64,000 nucleotides of DNA, from NCBI GenBank assembly GCA_963663165.1, contig OY760175.1:6048001-6112000 (forward strand), in the 5' to 3' direction. This DNA comes from an uncultured Desulfospira sp. (GTDB lineage: Bacteria; Desulfobacterota; Desulfobacteria; Desulfobacterales; Desulfobacteraceae). Positions within the stretch are counted from its first letter, which is position 1; each line of letters begins with the position of its first letter. Positions 20,555 through 28,552 of the stretch are shown here, piece by piece. A program made the translations under genes and the position numbers. The notes beneath the pieces are model-generated. The model was given only the letters and a program-made list of their open reading frames with translations. It had not been told where the DNA came from and did not search any database.

Positions 20555-22713
20555 AACCTCACCGTAAGTTTAGCGAAAATCGTCCGGCCGGGGGTGTTGT
20601 GCATCACGGTTTCCTGCCAGGCTTCGTCAAAAATATCCTTTGCTTCCAGGGAGAAGCTCAAATGGCTGCCGAAATCCCGGACATATTTCAGATCACAGGT
20701 AATGTAGGAATCCAGCTCTATGCTGTTTTCAATGTCATAATACCGGGGGCCGGAATAACGGATGGTGGCATTGAACCGGCCAAGCTTATGGTGGGACCAT
20801 TCCAGCCCCAGGTTGGCCTTGTGCTTTGCCTGGTCCGGGAATTCGTTGCCCTCCAGCCGCTTGTTGTCGTAGTTGTTGAGTTTATCTTCAAACCGGACCA
20901 CCTCGGAGATATTGAGGGTATAATTGGCAAAAATGGTCACCGAATCCGTGGGGAAAAATTCAATGGCCGCTTCCAGACCCTTGGATACGGCCCGTTCAAT
21001 ATTTTCCCACCGCACGGAAATGGAAGAATAGGAAGGATCCGCCGCACTGACTTCCTGCATCCAGTCATGGATATCATTATAGTAGATGGTAAACTGGAAC
21101 AGGGCCATGGACCCGATTCGCTTCTCAAGCCCTGCCTCATAGTTGACGGCCCATTCCGTGGCCAGGTAAGGGTTGCCGATAATGGTCTTGCCCGGAGGCC
21201 GTTCATAATCGCCCAGAAGATAGGACAGGGGGGCAAAGGTGGAACTTTTGGAGATACTGGCCCGCAGCACCGTGGTCCGGTTCAGGTCCCAGTTGATGCC
21301 GATCCAGGGGTCAATCTGTTCATCGCTTAAGGAATCGACTTCATAGGGGGTGTACTCGTAAATGGTCTCATAAAAGAAATCATGGGTTTTAACCCCCCGG
21401 TACCGGACCCCGGCATCGGCTTTGAGGGGGCCTTTTTCAAAGCTGTCCTGGAGGGTGACACCCCAGCGGTACTGTTTGGCCAGCGTAATACTTTGGGTTT
21501 CATTGGTGAGCCCGTCATAGAGCCGGTTGCCCAGCTCCCCGTACCGGTGGTCCGTGGACACCTGGACCCGGTGATGGTCTCCCACATCTTTGGCCATGCT
21601 GAGCATGCCCCCGTAATCGGTTAAAGGGATATCGCTCTTGTTTCCCTGGACCTTCCAGGTGTTTTTTCCGGTTTCGGCATCCATGTCCGGGGAGGGCAGG
21701 ACGGGCTGTGAGAATTCCACATCCTGGTCCAGCCTGAAGAGGTTGCCGGAAACATCCAGATATCCTTTCCGGTTGAAATCAACACTAATCCGGTTGCGGG
21801 TCTGGTCAATATATCCGAAATCATACCCGATATCATTTTCATTGTTCCACCAGGTATAGGTGGTGTTGAACCGGAACCGCTCAAAGAGCAGGCCGTTCAA
21901 GGCGGCGTTAAAGGTATTCATTTCCCGGGTCTGGTTTTCAAGGGCCGCTAAATAGTTGTCTTTTACAGACCAGCCTTGGTCCGGGTTATTCCATGAAAGC
22001 AGGTTCTGGTCCATGGCCTCTGACCGATCGGCAATCCACTGGTCATTCCAGGCAAAATAGCCGTCACTTTCAAAATGGGTATACCCGGCCTGGAAATTGA
22101 ACCGCCGGGTTATGTTGCCCCCGGCGCCCGCATCAGCGGTTACGGAGTTATGGGTGCCGTAGGAGACCGAGGCATGGGCATTGGGTTTGGCAGCGGCTTT
22201 CCGGGTCACGATATTGATCACCCCGGCCATGCCGGCTTTGCCGGCCACGGCGCCGGCCGCCCCCCTTACCACCTCCACCCGCTCCACCGTGTCCAGGGGG
22301 ATTTCATTGTGCAGGGTCTCTCCGCAGGACAGATTGTCAATGGGCATGCCGTCCTTTAAGAATACCGTGGCCCGGGAGGCGGCAAATCCGCGCATCCTCA
22401 CCTTGCTGGCATTGCCGAAGATCCCCTGGGGCTTCCATACCTCCAACCCGGCAGCCGTGCGCAGCAGTTCGTCCACCGTGGTGGCGGCCGCCCCCTCAAT
22501 CTGGTCCCGGGTAATAATGGTGATGCTGTTGGGTTTATCTTTCAGGTCTGACGGCAGGACCGAATCCGTAACGATAATGGTATCCAGTTCCACCACATCG
22601 CTGGTGGGTTTTTCCTCTCCCCGTACTGCCCGGCAAACCCCAAACACCAGGATCAGGGCCAGGAGTACCGGGGAAATCCGGCAAAACTGTGAGAATCGAA
22701 TTTTTATTTTCAT
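20551..22713 (-). CDS. TonB-dependent outer-membrane receptor
   Basis: DTIIVT TonB box, plug motifs ITIITRDQIE, RMRG, VERVEVVRG..GVINIVT; NPYLATE; C-terminal PGRTIFAKLTVRL. Start moved to ATG 22713 to give a signal peptide. Confidence 0.92.
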   Translation of the reverse strand: MKIKIRFSQFCRISPVLLALILVFGVCRAVRGEEKPTSDVVELDTIIVTDSVLPSDLKDKPNSITIITRDQIEGAAATTVDELLRTAAGLEVWKPQGIFGNASKVRMRGFAASRATVFLKDGMPIDNLSCGETLHNEIPLDTVERVEVVRGAAGAVAGKAGMAGVINIVTRKAAAKPNAHASVSYGTHNSVTADAGAGGNITRRFNFQAGYTHFESDGYFAWNDQWIADRSEAMDQNLLSWNNPDQGWSVKDNYLAALENQTREMNTFNAALNGLLFERFRFNTTYTWWNNENDIGYDFGYIDQTRNRISVDFNRKGYLDVSGNLFRLDQDVEFSQPVLPSPDMDAETGKNTWKVQGNKSDIPLTDYGGMLSMAKDVGDHHRVQVSTDHRYGELGNRLYDGLTNETQSITLAKQYRWGVTLQDSFEKGPLKADAGVRYRGVKTHDFFYETIYEYTPYEVDSLSDEQIDPWIGINWDLNRTTVLRASISKSSTFAPLSYLLGDYERPPGKTIIGNPYLATEWAVNYEAGLEKRIGSMALFQFTIYYNDIHDWMQEVSAADPSYSSISVRWENIERAVSKGLEAAIEFFPTDSVTIFANYTLNISEVVRFEDKLNNYDNKRLEGNEFPDQAKHKANLGLEWSHHKLGRFNATIRYSGPRYYDIENSIELDSYITCDLKYVRDFGSHLSFSLEAKDIFDEAWQETVMHNTPGRTIFAKLTVRL

Positions 22714-22860
22714 ACTATCCCGCCATATTAAAACCGGATGGGCAGACCGGCTGCCCAAATTTTGTTTATCCAAGATCTTCAGGCATTCCATAAATACAAC
22801 CCCATCCGGTTCTCACATCAAATCAGCAACAAAATTTTTTCAAATCATTAGATAAAAGTG

Positions 22861-22900
22861 AAAATGTTTGTTAAGACAAAAACGAATATGTGTCAACAAA
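22861..22900 (-). promoter_or_regulatory. Promoter/operator block upstream of the TonB receptor
   Basis: Minus strand TTTGTTGACACATATTCGTTTTTGTCTTAACAAACATTTT; closely matches 61069-61110. Confidence 0.6.
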
Positions 22901-22944
22901 AAAAGAAATATTTTATATAAAATTGCTATTTGTTATAAAATCTA

Positions 22945-22973
22945 TTGACAAGAGATAAGTTTTCCAATACTAA
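22945..22973 (+). promoter_or_regulatory. Sigma-70-type promoter of the PEP-CTERM gene
   Basis: TTGACA-17 bp-TACTAA, running into CTAACAAA as in the shared block. Confidence 0.5.
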
Positions 22974-23091
22974 CAAAATGTCCCTTACAAAGAAGGGGCT
23001 TTCGTCCTCATAATTCCATATCGAATCTCAGGATGAACGGCAGTGCATGCGGTTTAATCAAATGAAGTTATTTTCAAAAGGAGATCAAATA

Positions 23092-23817
23092 ATGAAAAGA
23101 GTGATGAGTTTATGGGCAGTATTGTTTTTAATGATGGCCACGGCCGGAACAGTGTCGGCGGCCAGCACCTATGCTACCTCGGTGGTGGATTATAACGGTT
23201 ATTTCATGAACTGGGACACCACCAGTACATTTTATCACAATCCGGTGGATGAGTACCCCGATGCCGGTGCCAACCTGAGCTGGCTTCTGGGAGCAGAGGA
23301 CCAGACTGTGGCCGCAGGTTGGGGCGGGGACGCTAACGGCGGGACCCTGACCCTTTACTTTGAAACCGGCTTTGCTGCAGACGGAACCAGTGCTGCCGAC
23401 ATCATCGTTTACGGATTTGGGTTTGCCTATAACACGCCTTTTAGTTTGGAAAAAGGTGCCATAACGGTATACGCCTCGACTACGGGTGAAGAAGGCAGTT
23501 GGACCGTTATTTCTGATTACGCAGGCTATGACAACGGAACTACCTGGGAAGCCAATCCGGATTTCACCCAGTCGCCCCCAGGGGTTCCTTCTGTCATTAT
23601 GGGAATCGACCTGGACGACGACATCTCCAACACCTATGCCGGTGTGATCTACTACCTCAAGTTCGAGCTGGGCGACGGTGAAACCGGACATGGACGAGCC
23701 TTTTTTACCAGTTCTATCGAAGGAACAAATGCCGTTAGTGCAGTTCCGGTTCCCGGCGCATTCCTTCTCATGGCATCCGGCCTGCTGGGCCTTCTCGGCA
23801 TCAGGCGCAGAGGCTAA
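23092..23817 (+). CDS. PEP-CTERM (VPLPA-type) protein homologous to the N-terminal module of the 1167-aa protein
   Basis: AAGGAG RBS before ATG 23092; signal peptide; VPVPGAFLLMASGLLGLLGIRRRG; shared GWGG...GGTL, GFGFAYN.PF, ANPDF, ELGDG, GRA.F. Confidence 0.9.
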   Translation: MKRVMSLWAVLFLMMATAGTVSAASTYATSVVDYNGYFMNWDTTSTFYHNPVDEYPDAGANLSWLLGAEDQTVAAGWGGDANGGTLTLYFETGFAADGTSAADIIVYGFGFAYNTPFSLEKGAITVYASTTGEEGSWTVISDYAGYDNGTTWEANPDFTQSPPGVPSVIMGIDLDDDISNTYAGVIYYLKFELGDGETGHGRAFFTSSIEGTNAVSAVPVPGAFLLMASGLLGLLGIRRRG

Positions 23818-24164
23818 CCCTTTATCCACAACCCCTCCCGCAATCGAAAATGGGGTGTCCAGGTAATGATTGCAGGCATCAGGCTTTAGACAGCCCGGTG
23901 CCTGCAATCTGGTTTAAGCCGGCCGGCCCCGCCAATGTCATGGCCCTGTCCAGATTGTCCTTCCCAAAATAAAGTTTATCTGTAACTTTTCAGCGGTATG
24001 GCAGCCTTCATACCTTTCATAATCCCCGATACCGATATATACTTGGAAAACAGGTTGTATTTTTTTCGTGTGTCATTATAATAACGGCCCTTCATTGGCA
24101 CGATATTGTTTTCGTGCTGCCTGACCCGGATATTTCGGGTTAATGATCAATTAAGGTAGACCAA

Positions 24165-25400
24165 ATGAAATTTGACACTTATGCCATCAGCAGTATCCTG
24201 AAAAAAAATTTAAACACCCAGGGGTTCATCAGGCCGACAGACATTCAGTACAAAGCAATCCCCTCCATATTAAACGGGGAAGACCTCCTGGCCATTGCCC
24301 AGACCGGAACCGGCAAAACCGTTGCATTTGCAGTCCCTGTCATAGACGCGGTCCTGAATCTGAAGAAGACAAAAAAAACTTCGGGCATCCATAGTATTGT
24401 CATGGTGCCCACCCGGGAGCTGGCGGTTCAGATCCATGAGGTCTTTATGGGGCTGTGCAGCAGGACAAAGGTTAAGCCGTTTGCTGTTTTTGGCGGGGTG
24501 GAACAGGATGAACAGATCCGGGCCCTTTTAAAAGGGGTTGATATTCTGATTGCCACGCCGGGTCGCATGTTTGATTTGATCAGCCAGAAAGCCATTGATA
24601 TCCGGCAGGTTAAAATTTTAATTCTCGATGAAGCCGATCAAATGCTGGCCAAAGGATTTCTGGAGGATATCCAGTGCATTAAGCGCCTTTTGAAACAGCG
24701 GCACCAGACCCTGTTTTTTTCGGCAACCATAAATAAGCATATTAAAAAGCTGGCCTATTCCCAGGTAAAGTCTTCGGCTGTACGCATCCAGATATCCCCT
24801 GATGATCCGGTATCAAAAAATGTATCCCATTATGTGCTTTTTGTGGAAATGGATGATAAACGGTTCTTTTTGCGCAAATTCATCCGGGAACACCCGAAGA
24901 GCAAAATTCTGGTGTTTGTCCGGACCACCGTACGGGCCGAACGGGTGGCCGCCGCCCTTCAAAGAGCAGATATCAGTGCGCTGACCATTTATGGCAAAAA
25001 AGACCAGGACCAGCGGCTATCGGTGCTGACCCGGTTCAAACAGGGGGAGGACAGGATCCTTATTGCTACCGATGTGTCTGCCCGGGGCATTGATATTCCC
25101 AATGTGGACTATGTGGTCAATTATGATCTGCCTGACAGAAAAGAGATGTATGTCCACCGGATCGGCAGGACCGGCCGGGGCCGCGCCAAGGGCAACGCCG
25201 TATCCTTTTGCAGCCAACCGGAAAAGACTCTGTTAAAGGAGATTGAAGCGTTTATAGGCAGCCCCATAGAAACCGTAAAAGTGTCCAGGGACGAATATGC
25301 CTTTACGGTTGAAGTCTCAGACACATCAACAGATATCCGGGACATGATCCTGGCCAGCGAAGCCCGGGAAAAGAAAAAAGGCCGCCGGAAAAAGAAATAA
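24165..25400 (+). CDS. DEAD-box RNA helicase (RhlE-like)
   Basis: AQTGTGKT, PTRELA, TPGR, DEAD, SAT, ARGID, HRIGRTGR. Confidence 0.95.
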   Translation: MKFDTYAISSILKKNLNTQGFIRPTDIQYKAIPSILNGEDLLAIAQTGTGKTVAFAVPVIDAVLNLKKTKKTSGIHSIVMVPTRELAVQIHEVFMGLCSRTKVKPFAVFGGVEQDEQIRALLKGVDILIATPGRMFDLISQKAIDIRQVKILILDEADQMLAKGFLEDIQCIKRLLKQRHQTLFFSATINKHIKKLAYSQVKSSAVRIQISPDDPVSKNVSHYVLFVEMDDKRFFLRKFIREHPKSKILVFVRTTVRAERVAAALQRADISALTIYGKKDQDQRLSVLTRFKQGEDRILIATDVSARGIDIPNVDYVVNYDLPDRKEMYVHRIGRTGRGRAKGNAVSFCSQPEKTLLKEIEAFIGSPIETVKVSRDEYAFTVEVSDTSTDIRDMILASEAREKKKGRRKKK

Positions 25401-25456
25401 CGGTCATCCCCTAAAGGGCAAAGCCGGACCTTCTGCCGCGCCTGTCCGGTGCAATA

Positions 25457-25882
25457 CTATGCGCCCAGAAAGGCCAGGGCATCCTCCATGGTAAATGAAA
25501 CCTTGAATTTGAACGGCAGCTTCAGGGCCATATCAATAAAGATGCCGGCAATGGCAAAGTTGGTCATGCCGGAAAGCAGAAAAGCGGATTTGTTGGGAAA
25601 AACAGGATGGCGGGGGGCAAAATACTCCAGAAGTTTTACTATTTCTTCCAGATCGGTGATGGAGATCTGGGTTTGGGTATTTAAAAAATTCCATAAGGAA
25701 TGTTTTTCATAATATTCCGGATGGCCGGCCAATGCGCTGAAGGCGGAAATGACCTTTGATTTTACCAGCGTGCCGTGAATGGTGATTTCAAGATAGGTGT
25801 CATGGGATTTAATGGTAAAGCCAAGATTCTCTTCTAAGATCGGTTTTCTGTCTAATTGATTCAGCAAGGTTATATTCTCCAT
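25457..25882 (-). CDS. Hypothetical protein, SpoIIAA/STAS-SEC14-like
   Basis: 141 aa ending F.TMEDALAFL; fold assignment is pattern-based only. Confidence 0.55.
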   Translation of the reverse strand: MENITLLNQLDRKPILEENLGFTIKSHDTYLEITIHGTLVKSKVISAFSALAGHPEYYEKHSLWNFLNTQTQISITDLEEIVKLLEYFAPRHPVFPNKSAFLLSGMTNFAIAGIFIDMALKLPFKFKVSFTMEDALAFLGA

Positions 25883-26083
25883 TGGCAGGGAACAAAAATA
25901 AAACCGCCGGCTGCTTTAAAAAAGGGCAGCCGGCTGCATGGGGTCACCTTAATTTGTCCCGCAACCCGGCTGTTTCTTAAGAAGAAACCCGTGGCTTTCC
26001 GTCCCTGCCTTGCAACAGGTTTGGCCAAAATAAACGAAGGACATTGTATGTAATTTTAAATCGTTGTCAATGAAAATTTTGTG

Positions 26084-26236
26084 GTAACTGTTCAGCAGTG
26101 CCCCATCTTCGCTCACTCAGGCCTTCTCACATAGCAAAAGTATGCTACGAAGGCCTGATTAAACAAATATGAAGCACTGATGAACAGTTACAGACCCGGG
26201 TTTTTGCTCCTTTTTCAGCATCAGCTAAATAGTTAC
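26084..26236. mobile_element. Non-autonomous IS66-type MITE (153 bp)
   Basis: Ends GTAACTGTTCAGC / GCTAAATAGTTAC; exact 8-bp flanking duplication ATTTTGTG (26076-26083, 26237-26244). Confidence 0.8.
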
Positions 26237-26405
26237 ATTTTGTGTTTTTGTGAACACAAATGACGGGAGACGGGAAGACGGGGCGAGCGGATGCCGGAGA
26301 CGGAAGACCGGCGGGTTGCCGGTTTGAGGGGGGTGCCTGAAGGCGGCTTTTTTCCCGGTCTTCCGTTTGAGATTTTAGGGGATTGCCCTGAGGCCTTGAT
26401 GGTGA

Positions 26406-27635
26406 TCAGGGTTGCCTTGATTTCGGCAGCAGCAGGTTCAGGGCCACGCCCAGGATACCGGCAAGGCCGATGCCCTGAAGATGAAACTGCCCGGCTGAAA
26501 AACTCATGCCCCCGATGCCGAAAATAAGGATCAGGGCGACGATAGACAGGTTCCGGGATTCCATGAGGTCGTCTCCGGATCTAACCAGGGTGTTCAGCCC
26601 AACCACCATGATGGCACCGAACAACAGCAGCATAATGCCGCCCATGACCGGTGCGGGGATGGTCTGGAGCAGTGCCCCGAGTTTTCCCACAAAGGACAGG
26701 AGAACGGCAACAATGGCAGCCCAGGTCATGATGGCCGGGTTAAATACCTTGGTTAAGGCCACGGCCCCGGTAACCTCCGAGTAGGTGGTGTTGGGGGGGC
26801 CGCCCAGAAATGAGGCCAGTGAGGTGGCAATGCCGTCTCCGAGCATGGTGTTCTGGATGCCGGGGTCCTTAAGATAATCTTTGCCCGTTACCCCTGAAAT
26901 GGCAATGACATCCCCGAAATGTTCAATGGCCGGGGCAATGGCAATGGGAACAATATAAAAGATGGCCTGGGGGTTCCACTCGGGGAAAACAAAGTCAGGC
27001 AGACGGATCCAGGCCGCTTGTGAAACCGTGGAAAAATCCACAAACCCGAAAATCAGGGACAGAATATATCCCACGGCAATGCCGCAAAGAATGGGGATCA
27101 GCTTGAGAAGGCCCTTTCCCAGGATGGATACCAGAACCGTTGTGCCAAGGGCGCTCAGGCTCACGATCATGGCCTTTGTCTGGGGCAGGGGTTCGGCACC
27201 GGCAGTTCCCATGGCCATTTTCACGGCTACCGGGGCCAGGATAAGCCCGATCACCATGATCACCGGGCCCGTGACCACCGGGGGAAGGATCCGTTTGATA
27301 ATGTCGCTGCCCTGCCACCGGACCAGAAAGCTTAAGATGATATAAACCACGCCGGCGGCGGCAAGACCGCACATGGTTCCGGGAATTCCCCATTCTTTGA
27401 CACCGAAAATAATGGGGGCGATGAAGGCAAAGGATGAGGCCAGGAAAACCGGGACCTTGCCCCGGGTAATAACCTGGAAGACCAGGGTGCCAAGGCCTGC
27501 CGTGAACAGGGCCACATTGGGGTTCAGTCCCGTGAGCAACGGGACCAGAACCAGGGCCCCGAACGCCACAAACAGCATCTGTGCCCCTAGAAAACAGTCT
27601 TTAACCTGAAAATGATAATCGGTAGGGTTGGACAT
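26406..27635 (-). CDS. uraA: Uracil permease (NCS2 family)
   Basis: QMLFVAFGALVLVP, FLASSFAFIAP, IEHFGD, GGPPNTTYSE; downstream of upp. Confidence 0.92.
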   Translation of the reverse strand: MSNPTDYHFQVKDCFLGAQMLFVAFGALVLVPLLTGLNPNVALFTAGLGTLVFQVITRGKVPVFLASSFAFIAPIIFGVKEWGIPGTMCGLAAAGVVYIILSFLVRWQGSDIIKRILPPVVTGPVIMVIGLILAPVAVKMAMGTAGAEPLPQTKAMIVSLSALGTTVLVSILGKGLLKLIPILCGIAVGYILSLIFGFVDFSTVSQAAWIRLPDFVFPEWNPQAIFYIVPIAIAPAIEHFGDVIAISGVTGKDYLKDPGIQNTMLGDGIATSLASFLGGPPNTTYSEVTGAVALTKVFNPAIMTWAAIVAVLLSFVGKLGALLQTIPAPVMGGIMLLLFGAIMVVGLNTLVRSGDDLMESRNLSIVALILIFGIGGMSFSAGQFHLQGIGLAGILGVALNLLLPKSRQP

Positions 27636-27671
27636 GGGTATCCTTTCTTTTCATTGTTTTTATGAAGGACA

Positions 27672-27748
27672 TGGGATATGGGAACTGGGACTTGGGGTTA
27701 TCTGACGACGCGTTCCCCATATCCCAAGTCCCAGGTCCCATATCCCGG
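27672..27748. repeat. Inverted pair of heptamer arrays (TGGGANN / TCCCANN type)
   Basis: TGGGATA TGGGAAC TGGGACT TGGGGTT ... CCCCATA TCCCAAG TCCCAGG TCCCATA between upp and uraA. Confidence 0.7.
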
Positions 27749-27804
27749 TTTTGCTATATTCGTTGCAGGTGGTTCCTGGTTGAACAATCAAGGCGGCATG
27801 AACG

Positions 27805-28431
27805 CTATTTCGTTCCAAATATCTTATCGCCGGCATCCCCGAGTCCGGGCAGAATATACCCCACATCGTTAAGGCGGTCGTCAACGCTGGCGGTATAAAT
27901 ATCCACGTCCGGGTGTTTTTCTTCCAGTTTTTTGATGCCTTCAGGGGCGGCCACCAGGAAAATGCCCTTGATTTTTTTACACCCGGCTTCTTTGAGCAGG
28001 TCAATGGTGGCAATGAGGGTGCCGCCGGTAGCCAGCATGGGGTCTAAAATCAGGGCGGTCCTTTTTTCCAGCTGGCCTGCGGTTTTAAAATAGTATTGAA
28101 CCGGTTTTAAGGTCTCTTCGTTCCGGTAAAATCCCACCACACTGACCTTGGCCGACGGGATCATGTCCAGCACCCCGTCCATCATGCCAAGGCCGGCCCT
28201 TAATATGGGGACAATGGTGATCTTTTTCCCTTTGATTTTTTCAATTTCCACGTCTCCGGCCCAGCCCTGGATCACCTTTTTTTCCACTTCCAGGTCCTGG
28301 GTGGCTTCATAGGTTAAAAGTCTTGCCACCTCGTTTGACAGATCCCTGAAATCTTTGGTGCTGATGTCCTTTTGCCGCATCAGCCCGAGCTTATGTTTAA
28401 TGAGAGGGTGGTCCTCTACATAGACAGCCAT
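27805..28431 (-). CDS. upp: Uracil phosphoribosyltransferase
   Basis: [45 protein letters not shown]. Confidence 0.97.
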   Translation of the reverse strand: MAVYVEDHPLIKHKLGLMRQKDISTKDFRDLSNEVARLLTYEATQDLEVEKKVIQGWAGDVEIEKIKGKKITIVPILRAGLGMMDGVLDMIPSAKVSVVGFYRNEETLKPVQYYFKTAGQLEKRTALILDPMLATGGTLIATIDLLKEAGCKKIKGIFLVAAPEGIKKLEEKHPDVDIYTASVDDRLNDVGYILPGLGDAGDKIFGTK

Positions 28432-28552
28432 GTATTCCTCCTAAAATTAAATTTTCATGAAAAATTTTCCCCTTTCCTAATAAAAACAGAACAAGGCGTC
28501 AAGCAAAATCCGGTGTTGAAATAAATTCGGATTTGTGCAGAAAATAGCCCCC

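Noticed and set aside
22714..23091. Cobalamin riboswitch upstream of the TonB receptor or PEP-CTERM gene
   Set aside because: I could not find the GGGAA or GCCACTG..GGGAAG B12-box elements on either strand; an Rfam scan should confirm.
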